Position numbers and translations under genes: made by a program. The notes under the pieces were generated by a model. It was not told where the DNA came from, searched no databases, and saw only the letters and a program-made list of their open reading frames with translations. A stretch of 64,000 nt of DNA from Felis catus (taxonomy: Eukaryota). The stretch lies in the NCBI RefSeq assembly GCF_018350175.1, contig NC_058383.1:25732001-25796000 (forward strand), read 5' to 3'. Below, in pieces: positions 1 through 12,266 of this stretch (position 1 is its first letter; every line of letters begins with the position of its first letter).

Positions 1-214
1 TGCCTTTTACAAAATCCAATCATGTCCATTACCGCAACTAAGTTATGGCCCAGCATCTTGACTATGTTTAAAAACAAAAAAACAACTACATGTAAAATGA
101 TTAAGAGGAAATGGGTGAATTTTTGTTTTCCCAAATGTCTACAATACACATGTATTGCTATCCAATTGGGAAAAACTTTCTTTCTAGAAGAATTATAAGA
201 AAATATACCAGACA

Positions 215-432
215 GGGGCGCCCGGGTGGCTCAGTCAGTTAGGCTTCTGACTTCAGCTCAGGTCATGATTTCATGGTTTCTGAGTTCGAGTCTTGTGTCG
301 GGCTCTGTGCTAACAGCTCAGAGCCTGGAGCCTGCTTTGGATTCTGTGTCTCCCTCTCTGTTTGCCCCTATCCTGCTCGCACTCTGTCTCTCTCTCTCTC
401 TCAAAAATAAATAAACATTGAAAAAAAAAAAC
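215..432 (+). mobile_element. Can-SINE (SINEC_Fc-type)
   Basis: GGGGCGCC tRNA-derived head, (CT)n tract, AATAAA and A-tail. Confidence 0.95.
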
Positions 433-744
433 AGAAGAATAAGAAGGACTATCAATAGAATGAATGCCTATATAATATTAGTGCAATCAGAGCTAAAAGA
501 TTGGGAAAGGTAGGAAGGAAAAAATTGGGGCCAAATGGCCAACAGGAAGTTAGCTGCAGGAGTCCGGGAGGTGCAACCCTCCCCAGTATGGCTAGACCCG
601 GCACTGGGAGACCCTGAGAGATCCACCTGAAGGTGAAGTTGCCCTCATAGAGGTACCATTCCAAAAATATTAATGAAATGGGCACTAGGAAGTTTCTGAC
701 TGGAGAAATGCTAGAAAAATTATGCTTCCCCTTCAGTTTGCTTG

Positions 745-1085
745 AATGTAGAAGAGTAGACTTTGAAGTCAAGCAGACCCAGTCTTCAAATCCTGGCTCT
801 GCCATTTAAGAGCTGGGTGACCTCCACCTCCGGCCTAATTTGCTCATTTGAACTGAAAGTATAATCATCTCAACCTCACAAAGTCCTTATTAATGTACGG
901 GCACCTGGCCGGCTCAGTCAGTGTGACTCTTGATCTCAGGGTTATGAGTTCAAGCCGCACATTGGGTATAGAGATTACTTAAAAATAAAATATTTTTTAA
1001 AAATTAAAAAAATAAAGGATATAATGTATTTAAAGTGCTGGGTGCAAGGATTGACATGTATGTAGTGGGTACTCAACTAATGTGA
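745..1085 (+). mobile_element. MIR, interrupted by a short Can-SINE
   Basis: MIR core (ttcaaatcctggctctgcca...gggtgacct) and degenerate 3' end after the SINE. Confidence 0.7.
899..1016 (+). mobile_element. Short Can-SINE lacking (CT)n (SINEC_c-like)
   Basis: ggcacctggccggctcag...gtatagagattacttaaaaataaaa. Confidence 0.85.
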
Positions 1086-1167
1086 CTTCTTTTCCCCTAC
1101 GTGGACTGTAGAAATATAAGCTAAAATGCTGCTAGAGAGTTCACTTAGCATTTAAAAAAATTCATAA

Positions 1168-1388
1168 GGGGCTCCTGGGTGGTTCAGTCAGTTGAGTGTC
1201 CAACTTCGGCTCAGGTCATGATCTCGCAGTTTGTGAGTTCGAGCCCCTCGTCGGGCTCTGTGCTGACAACTCAGAGCCTGGAGCCTGCTTTGGATTCTGT
1301 CTCCCTCTCTCTCTGCCCCTCCCCCACTTGTGCTCTGTCTCTCTGTGTCTATCAAAAATAAATAAAATGTAAAAACAAATTTTTTTTT
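1168..1388 (+). mobile_element. Can-SINE
   Basis: Full head, CT tract and tail; TSD aaattcata. Confidence 0.95.
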
Positions 1389-1654
1389 AAATTCATACCA
1401 TCTCACTCATCTGCAAGGTATTTCTCTTGCAAGCTCGCTATCAAAGAGAGTTAAGAACTTGAAAGTAAGCAGAAGCCAGTGTAGATGTTCAGAAACTCTG
1501 TTGTTTCAGTCATAGGAGAGCCTCTGCAACCTCTCTCAGAACAATGTGTGCTCGTTCATTCTTTAAGCCTCATTCTGGCAAATTGAACTATTAGATATCC
1601 CAAGAGTATAACTGAGTTTAGGAACGCATTGGTGTGTCCCAATGGCTGATAATT

Positions 1655-2710
1655 ACATTAAAAAGTGTGCAACATCATTCGTCATCACGGAAATTAAAGG
1701 CATGATGAGAGAGCTAATGCACAGTCACCAGCATGGTTAAAATGAAAGAGATTCACCATACCAAGTGTTAGCAAGGATGAAAGGAAGTGGAACACTCCTG
1801 TTTCATGAGTGTGAATGGGAAAATGGTGCAACCACTTTAGAAAATGATTTGGCAGTATCCTCTAAAATCAAATATTATATATACTCCCGGACCCATCAAC
1901 TCCACTCCTGGACAGTCTGCCAACTGAAGTGAATATTTAAAGCCAGAAAACACATACAGGGATGTTCATAAAAGCGGCATTTTTCATAATAGCCCAAAAC
2001 TGGACACACCCAAGTGTTCATCAGTAAAGCAAATGGATATAGAAATTGTAATCATATTCATATGAAAGAACACTATGCATCAGTGAAAAAGCAAACCACT
2101 ATTACCCTCAACAATCTGGCTGAATCTTCCAGACATAATGGTCAGCAAAAGAAGCCAGGCACAAAGAAGTTCATACTGTGTCTTCCATTTATACAAAGTT
2201 TGAGAATAAGCAACACTATTTTATGGTTTTAGGAGTCAAAATAGAGTTTGCCTTGGGATTTGGGGCTGCTGACTGGTTGCGGGCATGAAAGAGCCTGCAG
2301 AGGTGCTCGGGCATGTTCTTAACTTAATCTGGGTAGTGGTTATGTGGGACATACATATGTCGAAGTTTGGTTAGGACCAGGGGTGCCTGGGTGGCTCAGT
2401 TGGTTAAGTGTCTGACTTCGGCTCAGGTCATGACTTCAATACTTGTGAGTTCAAGCTCTGTGTCGGGCTCTGTGCTGACAACTCAGAGCCTGGAGCCTGC
2501 TTCAGATTCTGTGTCTCCGCTCTCTATGCCCTGCCCCTCCCCTGCTTGTGGTCTCTCTCAAAAATAAATAAACATTAAAAAAAATTTAAAGAATTTCACT
2601 TAGGACCAGTGTATCCTACTGCATGTAAGTTTCACCTCAACAACAAATAAAATAAAATAAAATAAAATAAAATAAAATAAAATAAAATAAAATAAAATTA
2701 AAATAAAATA
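1655..2710 (+). mobile_element. Old L1 (L1MC/ME-like) 3' end with (AAATA)n tail
   Basis: ccaagtgttagcaaggatg...accactttagaaaa...ttcataatagcccaaaactgg. Split by the SINE at 2380. Confidence 0.8.
2380..2592 (+). mobile_element. Can-SINE inserted in L1
   Basis: TSD ttaggacca. Confidence 0.95.
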
Positions 2711-2849
2711 GGAAAATAGGTCTCTGAGGACCTTTTAATTCAGATCCAGGGCCAGAAGTCTTAGGTGCCTCAGCAGGCCCTAAGGGCCCCATACACTTGC
2801 AAGAGAATATTAACAATATCACATAATTAATCAAGAAACTTGCATTAAC

Positions 2850-3058
2850 TGAATGCTAGACATTATGTTCATTTATCATCTCATTCAATCCACCCAGCCA
2901 CTCTGGGAAGTAGATGCGATCATTATTTCCCTTTTACTGATGAGGAAACCAAGGCTTAGAGACACTAAGCTACCCAAGATCACAGAGCTGAGTAACTGGC
3001 CATGCCAAGATTCTAAGCCTGGTCTATGTGAGTTCAAAACCCCTGGTCTAAACCATCA
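2850..3058 (-). mobile_element. MIR
   Basis: ttttactgatgaggaaaccaaggcttagaga...cccaagatcacagagctg. Confidence 0.8.
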
Positions 3059-3222
3059 AGTCATAGCACTAAAAAGTAAGAAATGAGGTCCCTGATCCCG
3101 ACCCAGAATCATCCGATGGAGCTTATAGTCATGCCCCATACTTTCCAATTAGGAAGGCAAGGCATGTATAATATATATTACCAAGACTTTATTTCTCTTG
3201 TGTCTTACTGGAGTGAATTTTA

Positions 3223-3320
3223 TTTTGGTGACATGGGGCTCAATCTCATGAACCATGTGATCATGACCTGAGCGAAATCAAGAGTTGGACACTTAACTGA
3301 CTGAGCCACCCAGGCACTCC
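3223..3320 (-). mobile_element. Can-SINE, head only (CT tract missing)
   Basis: tRNA head flanked by TSD tgga(g/c)tgaatttta. Confidence 0.8.
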
Positions 3321-3350
3321 TGGACTGAATTTTAAAATGAGATTATTTTT

Positions 3351-3560
3351 GGGGGCTCCTGGGTGGCTCAGTCAGTTAAGTGTCCGACTTCAGCTCGGGT
3401 CATGATCTCATGGCTCATGGGTTCGAGCCCTGCATCGGGCTCTGTGCTGACAGCTCGAAGCCTGGAGCTTGCTTCGGATTCTGTGTCTCCCTTTCTCTCT
3501 GCCCCTCCCCCACTGGTGCTCTGTCTCTGTCTCTCAAAAATGAATAAATGTTTAAAAAAA
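3351..3560 (+). mobile_element. Can-SINE
   Basis: Full structure; TSD aaatga(g/t)attatttt. Confidence 0.95.
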
Positions 3561-4139
3561 TGATATTATTTTTCCATTACAAAAAAACATAGCCATTATG
3601 GAAAATTGGAAGAACACAGAAAACGTGTGGAAAAATCAATAAAAAATAGCTCTATGTACCCCCAGTGGAGGAACAAATGATGGAAGGTTTTTTTCCTAAC
3701 AAGAAATAAGTGTTGACATTCGAGGGGTAAATGTCAGTAGTCTGATAATCTCCCTTTCTTGAGAGTCAGATGTTGGCCTGCATTATTTTAAGGAAAGTTG
3801 AGCCCTGGAAGCCATAAGGCATCGGGGAGAATCTGACAGTCTTGAATGTGCAATAATTAAGGCATATTGCTGACTTCTAAACAGTGTTACTAAAGTAAAC
3901 AGTGAAGTCTCCTTGAAGGCGGTATTTTAAATGGGAACATTTGGTGCTAAAAGTGACAACATTGGTTATATTGAGACAGAAACATGGGGATTATCAAATT
4001 CTGACCCTGGAAAGGATCTTGGTTTCTGGAAAGGGAGACATTTAATAAAAGACTCATTTTTTTATAAGTGAAGAAAGCTGAGGCCCCCAAGGGGGAAGGG
4101 AGCCACCAAGGCAAAAATCAGTGACAGGGCCATTGGAAC

Positions 4140-4340
4140 AGAGCTTAGTTGCTCAGAGCATACCTTCTGGAAGCAAAATCTTACCATCATTTACCAACTG
4201 GGTGACCTTGAGCAAGTCTCCTAACTCCTTTGAAGCCTCAGCTCCCTCAGAGATAGTGAGACCTTCTTCTTGGTGGCATGAAGGATGAAATGAGATGATT
4301 CATTGCCCGGCACACAGTAGGTCAGTAGGTGCTCAATAAA
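4140..4340 (+). mobile_element. MIR
   Basis: gggtgaccttgagcaagtc...gcacacagtagg...gctcaataaa. Confidence 0.75.
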
Positions 4341-4342
4341 AT

Positions 4343-4453
4343 CCTTCCTTCCTTCCTTCCTTCCTTTTCTTTCCATCTTTTCTTTTCTTTTCCTTTTTTT
4401 TCTTTTCTTCTTTTCTTTTCTTTTCTTATCTTTTCCTTTCTTTTTCTTTTTTT
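4343..4453. repeat. (CCTT)n / (CTTTT)n polypyrimidine tract
   Basis: Read directly; probably an expanded SINE tail. Confidence 0.85.
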
Positions 4454-4545
4454 CAGATTTTATTTTTAAGTAATCTCCACACCCAACTCACAATCCTGAG
4501 ATCAAGAGTTGCATGTCTTCCTGACTGAATCAGCCAGACACCTCT
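4454..4545 (-). mobile_element. Short Can-SINE
   Basis: ttttatttttaagtaatctccacacccaac...gatcaagagt. Confidence 0.8.
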
Positions 4546-4552
4546 CAATAAA

Positions 4553-4620
4553 ATTTTTTTTCATGTTTATTAATTTATTTTGAGAGAGAGAGAGACAGGG
4601 TGTGTGAGCTGGGGAGGGGC

Positions 4621-4663
<43 letters not shown>

Positions 4664-4790
4664 CAGAATCCCAAGCAGGCTCTGCACTGACAGTGTGCCC
4701 CAATACGGGGCTCAAACCCACGAACCATGAGATCATGACCTGGGCTGAAATTGAGTCGGATGCTTAACTGCCTGAGTCACCCGGTGCCCC
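4553..4790 (-). mobile_element. Can-SINE
   Basis: T-tail, (GA)n tract, head ending ggtgcccc. Confidence 0.95.
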
Positions 4791-5506
4791 TAAAATTATT
4801 TCTTAATCATACAAGTAACACAGTGTCTGTAGAAAAACTGGAAAATATGCTATTTTTAAGCAAATATTTAAATGATTTTCTTTAAATCATTTTTTCTAAA
4901 AATCAAATTTTATGTGCTATTCAGATGTTTATATATCTATGAGCATTTTCTTTCCACATCTCAATTCACGAGGCTAAGTCCATTTCACAGTTAACTGAAT
5001 TGCATCAAGACTGGAGTTCCAACAATTTAAACAGCCACCGTCTGCTAGGTTGTCCTTCAAAATTCAGTGTCTTCAAAAGCCTAGTGAGTCATGGGTGTGA
5101 ATGAACAGACAAACCCCGTCAGCCGTGTCTTGTGACTTTTTTTATTTATCTCTACATTCTCAGCTGCTGCTGCCAAGACTGAACCTTTAGAAATATCCCA
5201 AGCATTTTGAATGAGCCTGGGTATAAACAGTTCTCATCCAGTTCAGACTGGCAGAGGCTCTATATATTAAATGTTGCCTTTAAGTGAAAAGGAAACAAAT
5301 CCCCCAGTTTATTTCTAAACAGTTCCTTTACAAGAGTAACAATTTAATAACTAATCAAGAAATCATTTCAATCTGTACTGAGGGACTGGGGCAATATTCA
5401 CTCATTATCTTAGCGCTTGATCCAGAGCCCAGGGCAGGCTGGGCTCAAGTCAAGAAACTCCAAGGACTAAGAAACCAAACTTATCAAACATTAAGAGTAG
5501 GGACTG

Positions 5507-6020
5507 GGATTCTGTTTCTCTCCCTCTCTCTGCCCCTCCTTTGCTCATGTTCTCTCTCTCTCTTTTTTCTCTCTCGAAAATAAATAAACTTAAAACAAAT
5601 TTTTTTTTTTAAAAAAAGGGGCGCCTGGGTGGCTCAGTTAGTGAGGCATCCAACTCTCGGTTTCAGCTCAGGTCATGATCTCACAGTTTAGGAGATCAAG
5701 CCCCACATTGGGCTCTGTGCTGACAGTGCGGAGCCTGCTTGGGATTGTCTCTCTCCCTTTCTCTGCTCCTCCCTTGCTCATTCTCTCTCTCTCAAAAATA
5801 ATTAAATAGGGGCGCCTGAGCAGCTCAGTCGTTTAAGCGTCTGACTTCAGCTCAGGTCATGGTGAGTTGGAGCCCCATGTCAGGCTCTGTGTTGACAGCT
5901 CAGAGCCTGGAGCCTGTTTCAGATTCTGTGTCTCCCTCTCTCTCTGCCCTCCCCCACTTATGCTCTCTCTCTCTCAGAAATAAAACAAATAAATATTTAA
6001 AAAATAAATAAACTTTAAAA
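5507..6020 (+). mobile_element. Cluster of three head-to-tail Can-SINEs (3' fragment 5507-5600, 5618-5808, 5809-6000)
   Basis: Heads at 5618 and 5809; the third copy sits in the A-tail of the second. Confidence 0.9.
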
Positions 6021-6229
6021 TTTTTTTTGAAGAAAAGAAAAGAGGAAGGCTTGGGAATTAAAAACCCAAGAGTTTCAACAACAGGGTTCTTCTTAATAAG
6101 AAGTCCCCTGGTATACTGAAAAGAAAACGTGAATGTTTCCAACCACAGACAGTGAGAAACATATTTACCTCCAAACAAAATTGCATTTTAAAGGATCATT
6201 CATATCACCTACGTCATTCTTACCCCCAA

Positions 6230-6826
6230 AATGTCTCCTAAATGCATCCACTTCTGTCCATTCCCACTGCCAACAGGTCATCTAATCTGCTCCCCACCTG
6301 CAGCCACATTCATCTTTTTAGAAAGCGTATCTGATGCTGCCACGGCTCAGTTAAAACCTTTTAAAGGCTCCCTGCTGTCCTCAGGATCAAGTCCACAGTG
6401 TTTAACTGCTCTCTCTTGGCTCCACGGTCACGCTGCATCCTGCTTGTGCCACACAGGCCTTTTTTCAGTCCCCCTTCCAGACTCAGGGTCTTTGTTTAGG
6501 TACTTTTCTCATCCTAGAAAGCCCTTCCTGCCATTCACATCTAGTTAATTCCTAGCTCACTTCTGATCTCAGCCTAAGGGAACCTATTCAAATTCCCCTG
6601 CTGATCTCTCATGGCACCCTGAACTTCTCAGAAGCACTGATCACAATTTGTAATCAAGTAGTTATGTGATTACTGGAACAGTGTCTGCTTCACCCCTAGA
6701 CTTTGAGTTTCTAGTAGAGCAAGGTATTGGCTTATAGTCTCCATTGAATACCCCAACACCTGGAACTATCCAGTCCCACGCCCAGAGCAGAAGCTCGATC
6801 AATCTTTGTTGACCTAATTAATGAAT
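6230..6826 (+). mobile_element. L2 3' end
   Basis: ttaaaaccttttaaaggctccc...ctagactttgag...gttgacctaattaatgaat. Confidence 0.7.
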
Positions 6827-7552
6827 CCTACTCTAGATTCCTTTTGTAAGTCCCAACCACCCTCTCTCTCAGCCGCTAGGTTGTCGAAAGGACACACATC
6901 TTTCCCGGGAAAAGAACACCCAGACTTTAGTATCAGAGAGGTAAGTGTTTGCATTTGAGCCCCAGCACTTACTAGGCCCAGTCATTAATCCTCTTGAAGC
7001 TTCTGTTTCCTTGCCTATAACATTGGGCTCCCCATGGATCTCACTGCACAGGTAATCTTGACATTTAAATATATTAACTGAGATCGCATATAAAAATCCA
7101 CCAGAAGAATGACCAACACACAACGGACGCAACAAGTGCATAATAAATGGTGGTTCGTATCGTGACTCAAACTACTGTGTGCCTGGTTTCCTACCTTAAG
7201 CCCCTTTAGCCCCTGCTGCTGCCACAACGTAATCCAAAGCAGCAAAATATGTTGGGGGCCTCCTGCTTTCCTTCTAGCATTCCTCTGTCAGCATCTACTG
7301 TGTGTTTGTCGATGCTAGACCTAAATCGTAAACAGGCCAGACACAGCCATTGCTCACTCAGAGCTATCTATGCTTTAATGAAAAGATAAGGGTTTTCAAT
7401 ATGTAAACAATATCTTCCATAGCTACACAAATGGAATTAAACCATCTCACAGCCATTGCTAAGAAATGATTCTAAGAAACTAACCTTAAATACATACAAA
7501 GATTTAGGAATGAAGACATCTATTTGGTGCATGATATTAAAACACTGTTCTT

Positions 7553-7786
7553 GGGGTGCCTGGGTGGCTCAGTCGGTTGGGCGTCCGACTTCGGCTCAGG
7601 TCATGATCTCGCGGTCCGTGAGTTCGAGCCCCGTGTCGGGCTCTGTGCTGACAGCTCAGAGCCTGGAGCCTGTTTCAGATTCAGTGTCTCTCTCTCTCTC
7701 TCTGACCCTCCCCCGTTCATGCTCTGTCTCTCTCTGTCTCAAAAATAAATATATGCTAAAACAATTTTTTTAATTAAAAAAAAAAA
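7553..7786 (+). mobile_element. Can-SINE
   Basis: TSD actgttctt. Confidence 0.95.
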
Positions 7787-7829
7787 CTGTTCTTTGGTCA
7801 ATGTGAGAAATAGTTAATGTCTACTCATT

Positions 7830-7960
7830 TTTTAAAATATACTCTTTAAAAAAATTTTCTTTATTTTTTAAAGTAATCCCTATGCCCAACATGGGGCTCA
7901 GACTCACAACCCCGAGATCAAGAGTAGTGTGCTCCATCAGCTGGGCCAGCCAGGAGTCAC
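7830..7960 (-). mobile_element. Short Can-SINE
   Basis: TSD taatgtc(t/c)act(c/t)att. Confidence 0.85.
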
Positions 7961-8173
7961 TAATGTCCACTTATTATGACTGCAATTCCCAGGCTGATAA
8001 GAAAGACCTCAATGCCAGCCCACCATCTCCATTTCTGCTACCTGTTGCAACTTCTAATATAGCGAGCAACAGTAACAACAATGATGAAAATAAGAATGAT
8101 GATTATTATAAGTACTATTTAATGGGTCGTGTGTGCTAGACTATACATTCCTTTAATCTTTAAAACAGCTCTA

Positions 8174-8361
8174 TTTTTTTTTTAAGTTTATTTATTTTGG
8201 GGGGGGGGGGCAGAGAGAGAGAGGGAGAGAGAGAATCCCAAGCAGGCTCCAAGCTGTCAGCTTAGAGCCCTATGCAGGGTTCGATCTCACAAACCGTGAG
8301 ATCATGACCTGAGCCGAAACCAACAGTCAGACACTTAACCCACCAAGCCACCCAGGCGCCC
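8174..8361 (-). mobile_element. Can-SINE inserted in a MIR (~8110-8490)
   Basis: TSD aaaacagctcta. Confidence 0.95.
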
Positions 8362-9151
8362 TTCAAAACAGCTCTATTATTATTACTATCTGCATGTGTC
8401 AGATGAGAACATTGTGGCTCAGAAAGATTAGTGACTTTTCTAAGCTGCAAATGTGGAATTTGACTCTTTTTTGTGACCATTCTACTACTTTTAGGAAAAT
8501 CACCTCAAAGTTTTAGTTAAAAGATTAATGTTTTCAGTATGTAAAAATATCTTTAATAGCTTCACAAATAAAATTAAACTCTCTTAGGAATGAAGGCAGC
8601 CATGGAGGCAATATTTATAATGATGAAGTTCAGAAAGAAGTGTCTGATAGGAAGATAACTAAATTATGTACTACGCATATGTAAAATAAGTTTATAATAT
8701 AGAAGGATGTTTACAATGTAGAGTTAGGGACACATGAAAATAACTGTTATGGGTGATGATTTCATTGACATAAAATTAAAGCTAGAGTTGCATTTTCAAA
8801 AACATTGACAATAAAGACGACAATTGGAAATTCAAAGGTCCCAGAATTGCCAAAACAATCTTGAAATAAAGAAGGTTGGAGGATTCAAATTTCCTGAATT
8901 AAAACTTATTATACAGTTATAGTAATTGAGACTTTGTGGTACTAGCATAAGGATAGACATATATAAAATGGAATTAAAAGTCCAGAGATAAACCCTTACA
9001 CTCATGTTCAACTGATTTGTAACAAGGGTACCAACATCATTTCACTAGGGAAAGAGGAGTCTCTTCAACAGATGTTGCTGGATGCCTGGATATCCACATG
9101 CAAAAGAATGGAGTTAGACTCTTACCTTATGCCATATACAAAAATTAACTC

Positions 9152-9372
9152 AGGTCACCTGGGTGGCTCAGTCAGTTAGGCATCCAACTGTTGATTTTGG
9201 CTCAGGTCATGATCTTACTGTTCGTGAGATTGAGCCCTGTGTGAGGCTCTTCTGTGCTGACCGAGGAGCCTGCATGGGATTCTCTCTTTCTATGTCTCTC
9301 TGCCCTTCCTCTGCTTGTGCAAGCTCATGTGCTCTCTGTCTCCCTCTTAAAATAAATAAAGTTAAAAAGAAA
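9152..9372 (+). mobile_element. Can-SINE in L1
   Basis: TSD aa(t/a)taactca. Confidence 0.9.
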
Positions 9373-10156
9373 TAACTCAAAATAGGTCAAAGACTTAAAT
9401 GAAAGCACTTGAATCATACAACTCTTAGAACAAATATAAACAAATCTTCATGACCTTGGATTAGGCAATGGTTTCTTAGATAGGATACCAAGAACCCAAG
9501 TGACAACTGAAAAAATAAATTGGACATCACCAAAATTAAAAACTCTTGCGCGTTAAGACACCAAGAAAGTGAAAAGACAGCCCACAAAACTGCAAATTAT
9601 ATATCTGATAAGAAACTTGTGTCTAGAATATACAAGGAACTCTCATAACTCAACAACAAAATGATAGTCCAATTAAAAAAGGCAAAGGATCTGAATAGAC
9701 ATTCCTCCAAAGAAGATATACAAATGGCCAGTAAGCACATGACAAGATGCTCAACCTCATTAGGCATCAGGGAAGCATAAATCAAACCACAATGGGATAC
9801 CACTTCACACCCACCAGGATGGCTATAATCCAACAGACAGATAATAACAAGTGTTAGCAAGGATGGGCAGAAATTGGAACTCTCCTTCACTGCTGGTGGG
9901 AATGTAAAATGGTTTAGCCACTCTGAAAACAGTTTTGCAGTTCCTCAAACAGTTGAACCTAGAGTTACCATATGACCCAGCAATTCCACTCCTATGTACA
10001 CACCCAAGAGGATTGAAAATACATCTTCACACAAAACTGGTACATGAACGTTCGTGGAAGCATTATAGAAAATAGCCAAAAATAACTCAACATCCATCAA
10101 CAGGTGACTAGATGGATGAGATGTGATATGTCCACACCATGGGATATATTCAACCA

Positions 10157-10531
10157 TGTTATGAGCTGAATTGTGTCCCCCCCTCAAATTCACATGCTAA
10201 AATCCTCATCCTCTCAAGTGACTGTATTGGAGATAGAGCCTTTAAGGAAGCAATTAAGGTTAATGAGGTCTTAAGGGTGGAGCCCTAATCCCATAGAACT
10301 GGCACCCTCATAAGAAGAGGAAGAGATACCAGAGCTCTCCCGCCCCTGCTTGAGGATCTTAGCTAGAAGGCAGCTTCTGGAAGCCTGGAGAAGAGCTCTC
10401 ACTGGAACCTGACCATGTTTGCACTCTGACCTCAGACTTCTGGCCTCCATCACTGTGGGAAAATAAATGTCTGTCGCTTACACCAGCTAGTCTGTGGTGT
10501 GTTGTGATGTCAGCCTAAGCTGACTGATACA
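10157..10531 (+). mobile_element. MaLR solo LTR (MLT1B-like)
   Basis: TG...CA ends (tgttatgagctgaattgtgtcccc...gactgataca); 5-bp TSD aacca/agcca. Confidence 0.9.
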
Positions 10532-11496
10532 AGCCATAAAAAGAAATGAAGTATACATAAATGCTACGACATGGATGGACCTTGAAAGCATTGTGCTAAG
10601 TGAAACAAACCAGTCACAAAGACAACTCTATAGAGACAGAAAGGAGACTTGTGATTATCTGGGGCTGGGAGGAATGGGGGTCTTGGGGAGTTATGGGTGA
10701 GGGGAATAGGATTTCTTTGCGAGGTGATGAAAATATGCTAAAACTGATGGCAGTCATGGTTGCAAATTTTGTGAATATACTAAAAGCCACTGATTTGTAT
10801 GCTTTGAATTGTATGACATATGAATTATGTATCAATAAAGCTGTTTAAAAAAATAAAGCTATTTCAGTAGTAGTCATCTCTGGGTGGTGAGACCTACAAT
10901 GACCAACTTTTTTTGTTCAATTTTTCCACAAAGGGCAATTATTACTTCTTTTTGCAATTATTCCTTTTATAATCAGTTAACAAGAAAGTTACTTTAAAAA
11001 ATTTGTTAAAACAAAGACCAACAGTATTCTTCTTTTCTACAAAGCTGATAAAACTTCACACCTCTGCAAGAGTTGGATACACTGTAATGACAACTCCCCC
11101 TGGACCAGGCTTCTCAGTGTTTAATGTTCTTTTGCATACATTATCTCATGTGAGATTCACAGCCTCTGTGTTGTAAACAAGGCAGATGCCTGTTTTCTTT
11201 CTGAATATATTTATATCTTGCTTTTTCCCTAAAAGGATTTGAGATAATTCACAACAAAATATAGTAATAAAAGTGGAAGGAAAAAAAAGAAAAAGAAAGA
11301 AAACCAAGTCTGAAGAGAAACAGATACGCTTAACCAGAAGAGCCAATAAGCTGTTATACAAGAGCTTTGAAATGAACTCTGAGGTTCCTGGCATTCAAGG
11401 TAAACAGGGAAAGTTAGGGAAGAAGCAAACTATTTCCTCAAGGGAAGCAACATTTTTCCTGGCACTATCTGCTGGATAACTTTTCTCATATGAGGA

Positions 11497-11711
11497 TTTT
11501 TTTAAATGTTTACTTATTTATTTTGAGAGAGAGAGAGAGTGAGGAAGCAGGGGAGAGGCAGAGAGAGAGAGAGAGGGAGAGAGAGAATCCCAAGCAGGCT
11601 CTGAGCTGTCAATGTAGAGCCCATCTTGGGGCTGGATTCCATGAACTGTGAGATTGTAACCTGAACCAAAATCAAGAGTCGGACACTTAACCAAATGAAC
11701 CAACTAGGCAC
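11497..11711 (-). mobile_element. Can-SINE
   Basis: T-tail, GA tract and head. Confidence 0.9.
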
Positions 11712-11946
11712 TTCTGATGGTTTATTTTTGTAGAAGGATTTAATGGAGTTTGACTCAAACTTTTTTACAGAAGATGCAAAAGTACATTTAATATGGCTAT
11801 TTCCTAGAGCTACCTTGGTTTTGTAGGCCAAAGATATACCACTTTGGCAAATTCAGGTTAAATCTAAGATCAGAGGACCCAAGTTTATCTGCTCTAAGCC
11901 AGTGTCTTCCATACTCACAAACTGCCACCTACAATAAATACATCTT

Positions 11947-12135
11947 AGGGGCACCTGGGTGGCTCAGTCAGTTGAGCATCTGACTCTTGGTTTCTGCCAA
12001 GGTCATAATCCCAGGGTCATGGGATCAAGCCACTGAGCCTAGGACCTGCTTGGAATTCTCTCTCTCTCTCCCTCTGCCCCTCTCCCCCACTTGCATGCTC
12101 TCTCTTTCTCTCTCTAAAAAAAAAAAAAAAAGTTA
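11947..12135 (+). mobile_element. Can-SINE
   Basis: Full structure. Confidence 0.9.
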
Positions 12136-12153
12136 AAGAAATACAATTTACAT

Positions 12154-12266
12154 GGGGCACCTGGCTGGCTCAGTTGGAAGAGCACACAACTCTTGATCTC
12201 AAGGTCATGAGTTCAAGCCCCATGTTAGGAGTAGAGATTACTTAAATAAATAAATGTTTAAAAAAA
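12154..12266 (+). mobile_element. Short Can-SINE
   Basis: TSD caatttacat. Confidence 0.9.

Larger units (their letters stand above)
8815..10855 (+). mobile_element. L1MB-like LINE, ORF2 end and 3' UTR
   Basis: gccaaaacaatcttgaaa...ccatatgacccagcaattccactcct...tcaataaagctgtt. Interrupted by a SINE (9152) and MLT1B (10157). Confidence 0.9.

Noticed and set aside
215..290. tRNA-like A/B-box sequences at SINE heads
   Set aside because: These are tRNA-derived SINE heads followed by CT tracts and A-tails, not tRNA genes.
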